Below are positions 52,008 through 60,955 of a DNA stretch of 64,000 bases, in pieces. The DNA is from Anaerolineales bacterium (GTDB lineage Bacteria > Chloroflexota > Anaerolineae > Anaerolineales > UBA11579), in NCBI GenBank assembly GCA_021463845.1, contig JAJTXV010000001.1:646174-710173 (forward strand). Direction: 5' to 3'. Both the position numbers and the translations under genes were made by a program. Positions within the stretch are counted from its first letter, which is position 1. Each line of letters opens with the position of its first letter. The notes beneath the pieces are model-generated. The model saw only the letters and a program-made list of their open reading frames with translations. It did not search any database and had not been told where the DNA came from.

Positions 52008-52792
52008 ACGGCCACAAGCTCAAGCAGTGGCTGGCCCACCCACTCACCCAAGGCAAGGACATTGATAGTCCTGAAACAACGGCGCTACGCCGTACGATCA
52101 TCAACAGTAAGCCATTCCTAAAAAGGATCTATGCTGAATGGTACGCCATTATTCAGCAAGCCTTGTCTGAAGGCCCGGATAATCTATCAGTACTGGAACT
52201 AGGCTCAGGTGCAGGGTTTCTTGACGAGTATGTTCCAAATCTGATCACCAGCGAGGTTTTTTATCTTCAAGGCATTAAGATCGTGCTTGACGCGCAATAC
52301 TTGCCATTTAAACCGGGCGCTCTAAAGGGCATTGTGATGACAAACGTGCTCCACCATATTCCTGATCCAGAGCTGCTATTCGGTGAAGCCCAGCGCTGCA
52401 TTGCCCGAGGCGGAAAGATGGTGCTACTAGAGCCCTGGCTGACACCCTGGTCTCGTTTTGTCTATGGCAACTTGCATCACGAACCCATTGATGATGCAAC
52501 CGCGAGCTGGAAAATAGATGGTGATGGTCCGCTTTCACGAGCAAATTCTGCTCTGCCTTGGATCCTTTTCGGGAGAGACCGAAGTGAATTTGAAGAGGCC
52601 TTCCCCAAGCTTAAGATCGAACGGGTAGAGCCATACATGCCGTTCAGGTACCTTGTTTCAGGAGGCATCTCGCTGCGCAGCTTGATGCCCGGCTGGAGCT
52701 TTACCGCATGGCGTTGGTTTGAGGCACTCTTATACCCCCTTAGAAAGTGGCTTGGCATGTTTGTAATTGTTACACTTACACGAGAAACGTAG
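52004..52792 (+). CDS. Class I SAM-dependent methyltransferase
   Basis: 262 aa. VLELGSGAGFL (motif I) and MTNVLHHIPDPELLF.EA.R.I..GGKMVLLEP. ATGA overlap with the upstream gene. Confidence 0.8.
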   Translation: MNGHKLKQWLAHPLTQGKDIDSPETTALRRTIINSKPFLKRIYAEWYAIIQQALSEGPDNLSVLELGSGAGFLDEYVPNLITSEVFYLQGIKIVLDAQYLPFKPGALKGIVMTNVLHHIPDPELLFGEAQRCIARGGKMVLLEPWLTPWSRFVYGNLHHEPIDDATASWKIDGDGPLSRANSALPWILFGRDRSEFEEAFPKLKIERVEPYMPFRYLVSGGISLRSLMPGWSFTAWRWFEALLYPLRKWLGMFVIVTLTRET

Positions 52793-52798
52793 GCGCAT

Positions 52799-53524
52799 AT
52801 GACAACACAACGCTCACTACATGAGATCGAACATGGTAAGTTCCTTGCCAGCCAGGGAGCTGAGGATTCTTGGGGCTGGGGCACTCCTGCAGGCAAGAAG
52901 CGCTCGGAAAAGCGCGCCCAGAAAGTCATCAGTGCCGCCCAGCTAGCAAGCGGAAAGACGGCGCTGGAGCTCGGCTGCGGAACGGGCATGTTCACACGAA
53001 TGTTCAGCGAGAGCGGCGCCAGGGTCACGGCCAACGACATTTCGCCTGACCTGATCAAGATCGCTGAAGCCAACAATCCCGAAGTCGAATTCATTTGTGC
53101 ACGCTTTGAAGATCTGCCAGAAAACCAACTCTACGATGCGGTGATTGGCTCCTCGGTACTTCATCACCTTGAAGTGGAACAAGCCATCGCCAAAAGCTAC
53201 CGTTTGCTGAAACCGGGCGGCAGGTTTGCGTTTGCAGAACCCAATATATTGAACCCACAGGTCTTTGCCGAGCGAACCTTTCTACGCAAAGCTCTGACAT
53301 ATGTTTCACCAGATGAGACCGCTTTCATACGCTGGCCACTTGCTCAAATGCTACGTACTCACGGCTTTGTAAACATCCAGATCACTCCATTTGATTGGCT
53401 GCACCCCGCGATCCCTGCGAGTTTGATCAAGTTTGTCGAAGGCATTGGCACCATATTTGAGATGCTTCCTGTCGTCCGCGAATTTTCAGGTTCGCTATTG
53501 ATCAGAGCACAAAAGGCGGAATAA
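52799..53524 (+). CDS. Class I SAM-dependent methyltransferase
   Basis: 241 aa. ALELGCGTGMFT, V.A.DISPDLI and VLHHL......A....LLKPGGRFAF.EP. Confidence 0.8.
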   Translation: MTTQRSLHEIEHGKFLASQGAEDSWGWGTPAGKKRSEKRAQKVISAAQLASGKTALELGCGTGMFTRMFSESGARVTANDISPDLIKIAEANNPEVEFICARFEDLPENQLYDAVIGSSVLHHLEVEQAIAKSYRLLKPGGRFAFAEPNILNPQVFAERTFLRKALTYVSPDETAFIRWPLAQMLRTHGFVNIQITPFDWLHPAIPASLIKFVEGIGTIFEMLPVVREFSGSLLIRAQKAE

Positions 53525-53526
53525 GC

Positions 53527-54045
53527 ATGACCCTCCAAGACTTCCGTGCTGGCAAAGATGAATTCTTTGCCAGCAGCCCACAATCCCCACTCACACCGGA
53601 GCAGCGCGAGCACTTCACCGCGCTGAGCTACTTCCCTGAGAACCCGGCCCTGCGCCTGGAAGTGGCGATCGAGCCGTTTGCCGAGCAGACGATGGTTGAG
53701 ATGCCCACCTCCACCGGCGATGTGAAGAGTTACAAGCGCTATGGCCGTTTTGGCTTCGAAGTCGATGGCCAGACCGCCGAGCTGACCCTGTTCTCAAGCC
53801 CGCACGGTTACTTCCTGTTGTTCGTCGACTCGCTGGCAGGCGCCGAAACCTATGGCGCCGGCCGCTACCTGGACCCCGAGCAGCTGCCGGATGGTCGATT
53901 CCTGATCGATTTCAACCTGGCGTATAACCCGTACTGTGCCTACAACGAAATGTGGAACTGCCCCATCCCGCCGGCAGAGAACCGGCTGAGCGTGCCGATT
54001 CGCGCCGGCGAAAAAATACCGCAGATGAACGCAGATAAACGCTGA
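53527..54045 (+). CDS. DUF1684 domain-containing protein
   Basis: 172 aa. R..KD.FF......SPL..E.R..F..L.YFP.......... and GRYL...........DFN.AYNP.CAY...W.CP..P..N.L...I.AGEK. The last 8 codons and the stop lie inside a repeat element. Confidence 0.8.
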   Translation: MTLQDFRAGKDEFFASSPQSPLTPEQREHFTALSYFPENPALRLEVAIEPFAEQTMVEMPTSTGDVKSYKRYGRFGFEVDGQTAELTLFSSPHGYFLLFVDSLAGAETYGAGRYLDPEQLPDGRFLIDFNLAYNPYCAYNEMWNCPIPPAENRLSVPIRAGEKIPQMNADKR

Positions 54046-54086
54046 TAGAAGGCTTTTATCTGCGTCCATCCGCGTTTATCTGCGGT
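54019..54086. repeat. CAGATAAAC / GTTTATCTG palindromic repeat family, copy 4
   Basis: CCGCAGATGAACGCAGATAAACGCTGATAGAAGGCTTTTATCTGCGTCCATCCGCGTTTATCTGCGG. Confidence 0.8.
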
Positions 54087-54109
54087 AAAGCTGCCTTTAG
54101 AATTGTGAA

Positions 54110-55294
54110 ATGACTAATACTTCCAAAATCCTCATCGTCGGCGGCGGCACCTTTGGCATCAACACCGCCCTGGAGCTGCGCAGCCGCGGCCACGCCGTGA
54201 CGTTACTCGAGCCCGGCCCGGTGCCCCACCCTGACGCGGCCTCCACTGACATCAGCAAAGTCATCCGCATGGACTATGGCCGCGATGAGTTCTATATGGA
54301 GATGATGGAGGAGTCGCTGGCGCTGTGGCGCCAGTGGAACGCCGAACTCGGCGAGACCGTCTTCCACGAAACCGGAGTGCTGTACTTCACGCTGGATGGC
54401 ATGGGGCCGGGTGACTTTGAGTACGAGAGCTACCAATTGCTGCTCAAGCGCGGTCACGCCATTGAGCGCTTGAACTCTGATGAGATCCGCAAGCGCTACC
54501 CCGCCTGGAACGCGGATAAATACCCGGATGGCTACATCAATCCGCAGGGCGGCTGGTCACCCAGCGGGCGCGTGGTCACGCTGTTGGCGGCCCGTGCCCG
54601 CTCCGCCGGCGTCAGCATCATCGAAGGCGCTCGCTTCACCGAACTCATTCAGGATGGCAGCAAGGTCATCGGCGCCCGCACCGCCGACGGCGGCGCGCAT
54701 CACGCCGATACGGTGGTGGTGTGCGCCGGCACCTGGACCAGCACGCTGCTGCCCTGGCTACAGAACGTGATCTGGTCCACCGCCCAGCCGGTGATGCACT
54801 TCCAGGTGCCCGCCGCCGAGCTGGCCCGCTACCAGCCGCCGCTGTTCCCGGTGTGGACGGCGGATGTGGGCAAGACTGGCTGGTACGGCTTCCCCGCCCA
54901 GGCAGACGGCACGCTCAAGCTGGCCAACCACGGCCCGGGCTGGCCCATGGACCCCACCCTGCCGCGCATCATGCCCGCCGAGACCGAGGTGATGTTCCGC
55001 AAGTTCCTGGGCGAAAGCCTGCCCGGTCTGAAAGACACCCCGCGCATCTTTGAGCGCCTGTGCTTCTACAGCGATACCTTCGATGGTGATTTCTGGATCG
55101 ACCGTGACCCCGAACGGCCCGGCCTGGTGGTCAGTGCCGGGGGCAGCGGGCACGCCTTCAAGTTCACGCCGCTGATCGGCAAGGTCACCGCCGATGTAGT
55201 GGAAGGCAAGCCCAACAAATACGCCCACCGCTTCACCTGGCGCGAACGCGGCGAGGTGACGGCGGAAGAAGCAAGATTTGTGGAGCGGAAGTAG
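54110..55294 (+). CDS. FAD-dependent oxidoreductase (sarcosine oxidase / fructosyl-amine oxidase-like, DAO family)
   Basis: 394 aa. ILIVGGGTFGINTALEL..RGH.VTLLE at the N-terminus and C.Y.DT.DGDFWID..P...GL.V..GGSGHAFKF.P..G at the C-terminus. Confidence 0.8.
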   Translation: MTNTSKILIVGGGTFGINTALELRSRGHAVTLLEPGPVPHPDAASTDISKVIRMDYGRDEFYMEMMEESLALWRQWNAELGETVFHETGVLYFTLDGMGPGDFEYESYQLLLKRGHAIERLNSDEIRKRYPAWNADKYPDGYINPQGGWSPSGRVVTLLAARARSAGVSIIEGARFTELIQDGSKVIGARTADGGAHHADTVVVCAGTWTSTLLPWLQNVIWSTAQPVMHFQVPAAELARYQPPLFPVWTADVGKTGWYGFPAQADGTLKLANHGPGWPMDPTLPRIMPAETEVMFRKFLGESLPGLKDTPRIFERLCFYSDTFDGDFWIDRDPERPGLVVSAGGSGHAFKFTPLIGKVTADVVEGKPNKYAHRFTWRERGEVTAEEARFVERK

Positions 55295-55354
55295 AGGGTT
55301 GACAAGTCAGTGGTGAATATGACATGATTATTTATCAGCTATTTAGGAGGGAAT

Positions 55355-55636
55355 ATGAATGTCCAAATTTCTTGCATCAACAAGGTAAATCGCCATGACC
55401 CATATGACGCTATCGACAATTTTGGTGGTCTTAACGCGGATGGTTCTAGGTGGAAAGCAGATCTTGCCAAGATGATTAACTGGATTGAAACTGGGACACA
55501 TTCTTTTTATGTCAAACGTGATGCAATGCAAGTAAAAGTGATTATCGCAGTCTCACCGAGCGGCAACAAATATCTGAAGACAGAAGCAGATAATGCAACC
55601 TCAAACAATCTACTAAGCCTGCCTGAGTGCCCATAG
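55355..55636 (+). CDS. DUF3892 domain-containing protein
   Basis: 93 aa. I.C.NK..R.DP...I...GG.......W.......I..IE.G.. F.V and the overall layout match my memory of DUF3892. The gene is AT-richer than its flanks. Confidence 0.65.
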   Translation: MNVQISCINKVNRHDPYDAIDNFGGLNADGSRWKADLAKMINWIETGTHSFYVKRDAMQVKVIIAVSPSGNKYLKTEADNATSNNLLSLPECP

Positions 55637-55657
55637 CCCGGAAATCCATTTGGTTTA

Positions 55658-55687
55658 AAAAAGGCCGCAGCGAAAGCTGCGGCCTTT
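55658..55687. terminator. Bidirectional terminator
   Basis: AAAAGGCCGCAGC-GAAA-GCTGCGGCCTTTT. Confidence 0.85.
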
Positions 55688-55711
55688 TAGATTCTTGCAT
55701 ACAAGCCAGTA

Positions 55712-56743
55712 TTACCCGCCGAGGAACTTTTCCATGGCCTTCTTGGTGATGCGGTAGCTGCCGCCCACCTTCTTGGCGCTCAGTTCCTTGGCTTCGATGG
55801 CGGCCACAATGTCGGCTTCGGTCACTTTCAAGACCTGGGCCGCTTCCGCGGCGGTCATCACATCCGGCATGGCGGCAGCCGCCGCGGCCGCGGTGGTGCC
55901 GGCGCCCTTGAGCGCCTCGCTCATCACCTGGCCAATGCCCACACCGGCGCCGATGCCGGCCGTCAGGCCGGCGCCGCCGCTGGGGTTGTTGGCCGCTTCA
56001 CGCATGGCGTCAGCCGCCTGCAGCTGCGTATAGGTGGCGGTGTCGAGCAGGCCCATACTGCGCAGCGCCTCAGCCGTGGTGGCCGAAGGCGTCATGTTGG
56101 CAATCACGAACGCTTTCAGGGTCAGGCCGCGGGCTTCAAAGTCATCCTGCGCCTTGGCGCGCACGGCCGCGCTGATCTCTTCCTGATTGCCGATGATGTC
56201 CTGCACGGTGGTGTACTTGCCCTTCATCTCACCCAACAGGTCAGAGAAGGAGCGCAGCAAGCGCGAGCGCAGATCGTTCTCGATGTCCACGGTGTCGTAC
56301 ACGCCCTGCGTGCCGACCACCTGGGTCACGAACTGCTGCGGATCCTCCACCGAATAGGCGTAGGTGCCGAAGCCCTGCAGCAGCAGCCAGCCCAGGCCCA
56401 CGCCAGGGGTCTGCATGACGATAGGCTGGGGCGTGCCCCACTTGCGATCAAGGAACTCGCGGCGGGAGACGAAATAGACCTCAGCCGTGAACGGGCTGCG
56501 GTCATTGAAGGCCTTGCCGATCAGATCGATCAGAAACGGTATATTGGCAGTGGCGATCGTGTGGCGGCCGGGCTTGAACACATCCAGCGCCTTGCCGTCT
56601 CGGAAGAAGACCGCGCTCTGCGATTCGCGCACGATCACCTGCGAGCCGATGCGGAAGTCGCCCGCTCCGCTCTCAGGGAAGCGATGGACGATCTCTTCCT
56701 TCATTTCATTGGGGTATTCGATTACGTCAAAAATGCGAGCCAT
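55712..56743 (-). CDS. SPFH (band-7, YdjI/COG4260-like) domain protein fused to a C-terminal excisionase-type HTH domain
   Basis: 343 aa. The N-terminus F.VIE.........HRFPE.G...I..GSQ.IV.E.Q.AVF..DGKA.D.F.PG.H is COG4260-like. An Ala/Gly-rich linker follows. The C-terminus MTAAEAAQVLKVTEADIVAAIEAKELSAKKVGGSYRITKKAMEKFL is an excisionase-family HTH pattern. Confidence 0.7.
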   Translation of the reverse strand: MARIFDVIEYPNEMKEEIVHRFPESGAGDFRIGSQVIVRESQSAVFFRDGKALDVFKPGRHTIATANIPFLIDLIGKAFNDRSPFTAEVYFVSRREFLDRKWGTPQPIVMQTPGVGLGWLLLQGFGTYAYSVEDPQQFVTQVVGTQGVYDTVDIENDLRSRLLRSFSDLLGEMKGKYTTVQDIIGNQEEISAAVRAKAQDDFEARGLTLKAFVIANMTPSATTAEALRSMGLLDTATYTQLQAADAMREAANNPSGGAGLTAGIGAGVGIGQVMSEALKGAGTTAAAAAAAMPDVMTAAEAAQVLKVTEADIVAAIEAKELSAKKVGGSYRITKKAMEKFLGG

Positions 56744-56767
56744 GGTCTAGTCTCCTCTTGAGGCCGG

Positions 56768-57292
56768 TTACTCAGCCGGCTGAGCCGTGATCACTTCACT
56801 GCGCTGGTCGAAGGCGGCCACCAGGTCACGGCTCTGCGTCACCACATGGCGCACAGCCGCCTCCATGCCGTCAGTCCCCACCGAAGCAGCCACATTCTGC
56901 ACGCCGCGCTCAATGTCATCGGCGTGGGTCAGCAGCGCCAGGTCATACTCGTACAGGCTGGCCAGCTCGTCCTCATTGATCTTGATGGCCTCAAAGAAGC
57001 TGCTGTTACCGTAGGCGGCGGTGCGCACTTTGTCCACAAAGGTTTGCAGCTTGGTAGCCGCCCCTTCCAGGTCGTCAATGTATTTCAGCTCCTGGGCAGA
57101 TGCCAGGTCCTTCTGTACGTTGCTGAGTTGCTTGCGAATGGCCTCAAATCGGTCAGCCAGGCTCTCACGCAGGATCTTGTCAGCCGCGCGGCGGTTCTCC
57201 CGCTCAATATAGCCGGAGAAACCGGGCAGCTTGCTTGCCAACCTACGAAATGGGTCCTGGTCTGCAGTCACTTGGTCAAACAAATCGCTCAT
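56768..57292 (-). CDS. Predicted all-helical protein of unknown function, co-oriented with the SPFH gene
   Basis: 174 aa from MSDLFDQ, with GAGG 6 nt upstream. There is a 24-nt gap to the SPFH gene. No recognisable motif. Confidence 0.55.
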   Translation of the reverse strand: MSDLFDQVTADQDPFRRLASKLPGFSGYIERENRRAADKILRESLADRFEAIRKQLSNVQKDLASAQELKYIDDLEGAATKLQTFVDKVRTAAYGNSSFFEAIKINEDELASLYEYDLALLTHADDIERGVQNVAASVGTDGMEAAVRHVVTQSRDLVAAFDQRSEVITAQPAE

Positions 57293-57400
57293 GTTTAGCC
57301 TCACTCTGCACGGTTAACGTACATCAACCGGATTATACGACAGATGATATATACGTTTTATAAATATCAGCAGCGGCGCCTATAGTAAAATCAGCCTATC

Positions 57401-58822
57401 ATGACTGCTGAAGCCCCCTCCTCCATCCTCTCCGCCCTCGGTTCGGCCGCCGCCCAATACACGAACGGTGCCGTTCACATCTCAGATGAAGCCGCCGTGC
57501 GCCGCAACATCGGCCAGCTGGTACGCCTGGCCGGCCTCGGCAGCGAGACCGAGCAGGCCTGGGCGCGCTACCTGGTGCGCCTGATCGCGCTGGAGCTTGG
57601 CGCCATCCCGGCCAGCGTTCACGACCTGTATATGGCGCGGGGCCGCGGCGAGGTGCCGCCCAGCTTCACCGTGCCGGCCATGAACCTGCGCGTGCTGGCC
57701 TACGAGGCCGCCCGCGCCGTCTTCCGCGTGGCCCAGCGCATGGATGCGGGGGCCTTTATTTTCGAGATCGCCCGCTCGGAGATCGGCTACACCGCCCAGC
57801 GCCCGGCCGAGTACGCCGCCAACATCCTAGGCGCCGCCGTTGCCGAGGGCTACCGCGGCCCGGTCTTCATCCAGGGCGACCATTTTCAAATTTCCGCCTC
57901 CCGCTACAAGCAAGATGCAGACAAAGAGATCGCCGCAGTGGAGGAACTCACCGCTGAGGCGCTGCAGGCCGGCTTCTTCAACATTGACGTGGACACCTCG
58001 ACCCTGGTGGATATTCACCTGGATGGTGAACGCGCCCAGCAAGCCATGAACGCCGAGCTTTCGGCGCACTTTACCCAATTCATCCGCCAGCACGAGCCCG
58101 CCGGAGTGACTGTCTCCGTGGGCGGCGAAATTGGCGAGGTGGGCAGCCAGAACTCCACCGAGGAAGAGCTGCGCGCCTATGTGGATGGCTACCAGGAAGC
58201 CCTGTCAGCCAAAGACGGCAGCCTCGAAGGGTTGAGTAAGATCAGCATCCAGACCGGCACCTCCCACGGCGGCGTAGTGCTGCCGGATGGCAGCGTGGCG
58301 CAGGTCAAGGTGGACTTTGACACCCTGCTGCACCTCAGCCGCGTGGCGCGCAGCTACGGCTACGCCGGGGCCGTGCAGCACGGGGCCAGCACCCTGCCGC
58401 AGGACGCATTCAGCAAGTTTGTGGAAGCGGAAGCCTGCGAGGTGCACCTGGCCACCAACTTCCAGAACATGGTCTTCGAGCGTCTGCCCAAGCCCTACCT
58501 GAGCGCGGTATATGCCTACGTCAAAAAGCACTACAGCGTTGACCGGAAGGCCAACCACACCAACGAGCAGTTCCTTTATGAGAACCGCAAGCGCGCCATT
58601 GGCCCGTTCAAGGAAGCGCTGTGGGACCTTTCCGCCGAGGACCGAGACAAGATCACTGCCGCGTGGGAGCAGCAGTTCGCCACGCTGTTTGACTCACTGG
58701 CCCTGGCTGGCACGCGCCGCTATGTTGAGCAAACCGTCAGCCCGGCCAAGGTTGCCCCGCAACGCAGCTTCTACTTCGGCAAAGAAGCCGAGCAGGAAGA
58801 AGTGAAGGACCTTTCGGACTAG
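57401..58822 (+). CDS. Class II ketose/fructose-bisphosphate aldolase family protein (long form)
   Basis: 473 aa. P.....QGDHFQ, NIDVDTS, QTGTSHGG and VQHGASTLP are metal/substrate motifs of class II aldolases. Confidence 0.8.
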   Translation: MTAEAPSSILSALGSAAAQYTNGAVHISDEAAVRRNIGQLVRLAGLGSETEQAWARYLVRLIALELGAIPASVHDLYMARGRGEVPPSFTVPAMNLRVLAYEAARAVFRVAQRMDAGAFIFEIARSEIGYTAQRPAEYAANILGAAVAEGYRGPVFIQGDHFQISASRYKQDADKEIAAVEELTAEALQAGFFNIDVDTSTLVDIHLDGERAQQAMNAELSAHFTQFIRQHEPAGVTVSVGGEIGEVGSQNSTEEELRAYVDGYQEALSAKDGSLEGLSKISIQTGTSHGGVVLPDGSVAQVKVDFDTLLHLSRVARSYGYAGAVQHGASTLPQDAFSKFVEAEACEVHLATNFQNMVFERLPKPYLSAVYAYVKKHYSVDRKANHTNEQFLYENRKRAIGPFKEALWDLSAEDRDKITAAWEQQFATLFDSLALAGTRRYVEQTVSPAKVAPQRSFYFGKEAEQEEVKDLSD

Positions 58823-58829
58823 AGAAAAC

Positions 58830-58877
58830 GAGAATAGAGATTGGAGATTGCAAACTGAATCTCCAATCTCTATTCTC
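58830..58877. repeat. Perfect 19-20-bp hairpin of the GGAGATT / AATCTCC family
   Basis: GAGAATAGAGATTGGAGATT-GCAAACTG-AATCTCCAATCTCTATTCTC. It shares GAATCTCCAATCTC with 17938-17951. Confidence 0.8.
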
Positions 58878-58887
58878 TAGTCACCAC

Positions 58888-59403
58888 ATGACCAATAATC
58901 CCCAAAAATTCAACAAGACTCGCTACCAGTTCATCCCGCGCGTACTGGTCTTCCTCACGCGTGGTGACGAGGTGCTGCTGATGCGCCGCGCCGATGACCG
59001 CCCGGTCTTCCCGGGCCTGTACAATGGCCTGGGCGGCCACGTGGAGCGTAGCGAGAGCATGCTGGCGGCGGCCTTCCGTGAGATCGAAGAAGAGTCTGGC
59101 TTGAAGCCGCAGCGCCTGTGGCTATGCGCAAATGTGGCCATCGACACCGGCGACCCTGACGTAGGCATCCACATGAGCGTCTTTTGCGGCCCGGCGCCTC
59201 AAGACGGCGAACTACGCCAATCAGACGAAGGCACGCTGCAGTGGGTCAAAGTGGCTGAGCTGGCCGACCTGGCGATGGTGGAAGACATCCCCACCCTGCT
59301 GCCAAAAGTGCTGGCCGTGCCGCCCGGTGGCGCGCCGCTGTGGGCCTTGTACACCTACAACGCCGCCGGGGAGCTGCATATGCATTTTGAAGAGACGGAA
59401 TAA
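58888..59403 (+). CDS. NUDIX hydrolase
   Basis: 171 aa. The Nudix box is GLGGHVERSESMLAAAFREIEEESGL. Confidence 0.85.
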   Translation: MTNNPQKFNKTRYQFIPRVLVFLTRGDEVLLMRRADDRPVFPGLYNGLGGHVERSESMLAAAFREIEEESGLKPQRLWLCANVAIDTGDPDVGIHMSVFCGPAPQDGELRQSDEGTLQWVKVAELADLAMVEDIPTLLPKVLAVPPGGAPLWALYTYNAAGELHMHFEETE

Positions 59404-59414
59404 ACCAGCCGACC

Positions 59415-60458
59415 CTACGGCCCCCAGCGCGGCTGCCAATCACAAATATCGTTGCTGGTCAGACGCCGGGCATCGCTACCATCCACACGCATGATGTAAA
59501 TTTCGCAGCCCAGGTCCTGGCGCGGGTTGTCGCGGTACGACATAAAAGTGAGCCACTGCCCATCCGGAGAGAAGCTGGGCGCCAGGTTGTTGCCGCCATC
59601 GGTCAGCTGCACCACGTTCTCGCCCTGCGTGTCGAACACATATATATCGCGGTCCCACGAGCTGCCCAGGTAAGTTGCCAGCAGGCCATCGACTGACCAG
59701 TCATTGCGGCCGCGCACGCCGCTCAAGTCTGTGACCTGGCGAGTCTGCGAGCCATCTGCATTCATGGCGAACAGCTGCGGGAAGCCATTGACTTCTCCGG
59801 CGAACTGGATGCGGGCGCCATCCGGCGACCAGACCGGGTCCCAGCCGCCGCCGCGGCGCTGGGTGAGCTGCAGCGCGCCCGTGCCATCCCGGCGCATCAC
59901 CCAAATATTCTGGCTCTCGGGGTACTGCTGGCCGTCGAGCGCGGCGTAGAACACCACCCAGCGCCCATCCGGTGAAGCTGCTGGCGCATAGGCGCTGATA
60001 TTGTTGAACTCGGTGAGCTGGGTCAGCTGGTCAGTGGCCAGTTCGTACTCGTAGATCTGATAGCGCCCGGTGCGGTTGGAGACGAACAGCACAAACTGCC
60101 CATCCGGCGTGATGGAGGGAAAGAAATCATCATACTGCCCACCCTGCGTCAGCACGCGCGGGTCGCTGCCGTCTGCGTTCATGATGCAGATCTGGTTGCG
60201 GCCAGACCGCTTGCTGTATTGGCACACGTAGACGATCTTGCCACGCGGCCGCCCGCCGGGCTCAAAAGTGGCGGTCGGCATGGGCGGCACCTCGGTGGCG
60301 GTTGGCGGCGTGCTGAACGGCCGCGCCGTCAGCGTGGCGGCGATGGCGGTCTGCACCGGGTTGCCCTCGGGGGCAGCCGGTGCGCAGGCCGCCAGCAGCG
60401 CGGCAAGCAGCGCCAGCAGCCAGACGCGCAGGGTCTTGCCTAGGCGGCGTTGCTCCAT
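59415..60458 (-). CDS. TolB-like beta-propeller (PD40 repeat) lipoprotein
   Basis: The start is set at MEQRRLGKTLRVWLLALLAALLAAC (lipobox). There are multiple SPDG-containing PD40 repeats. The ORF-track start at 60692 overlaps the DUF456 gene and is rejected. Confidence 0.8.
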   Translation of the reverse strand: MEQRRLGKTLRVWLLALLAALLAACAPAAPEGNPVQTAIAATLTARPFSTPPTATEVPPMPTATFEPGGRPRGKIVYVCQYSKRSGRNQICIMNADGSDPRVLTQGGQYDDFFPSITPDGQFVLFVSNRTGRYQIYEYELATDQLTQLTEFNNISAYAPAASPDGRWVVFYAALDGQQYPESQNIWVMRRDGTGALQLTQRRGGGWDPVWSPDGARIQFAGEVNGFPQLFAMNADGSQTRQVTDLSGVRGRNDWSVDGLLATYLGSSWDRDIYVFDTQGENVVQLTDGGNNLAPSFSPDGQWLTFMSYRDNPRQDLGCEIYIMRVDGSDARRLTSNDICDWQPRWGP

Positions 60459-60955
60459 ACCCACAAACCCCACGTGAAGATCATCACCACGCCGATGGCA
60501 AAACGCGCCAGGAAGGACCAGCCCCAGCCCACGGCCAAACCGCGGGTGGTCTTGAAGGCCCTGCTCCAGTCGCGATGGCGCCACCACTCCGAGAGGGCCA
60601 GGCCAACCGGCGCGCCGATCAGCCCGCCGAACGGCGGTACGAACAGCGTGCCCAGCACGCCGGCCGTGGCGGCCCAGAACAGGCTCCACCACGAGGCGCC
60701 GCTGCGCAGGGCTTCCTTGCCCATGAGCACATTGTCCACCAGCGAGCAGGCCACCATCAGCAGCGTGATGATGGCGAAGAATATCCAGCCCCAGGTGCTG
60801 AAGCCAACGGCAATGCCATACAACAGCGCCCCGATCCAGATGATGACCCCACCCGGAAAGATGGGGATGATCAGGCCAAACAGGCCCACCAGCATCAGCA
60901 GGAACGGCAGGCCGATCTGGAACAAGCGCATCATCACTTCAGAGAATTCAGTCAC
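60440..60955 (-). CDS. DUF456 domain-containing membrane protein
   Basis: 171 aa with four TM segments. IPIFPG..I...G.L.Y and G...G...G.F...PFGGLIGA..G....E motifs. Confidence 0.7.
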   Translation of the reverse strand: MTEFSEVMMRLFQIGLPFLLMLVGLFGLIIPIFPGGVIIWIGALLYGIAVGFSTWGWIFFAIITLLMVACSLVDNVLMGKEALRSGASWWSLFWAATAGVLGTLFVPPFGGLIGAPVGLALSEWWRHRDWSRAFKTTRGLAVGWGWSFLARFAIGVVMIFTWGLWVWSNAA

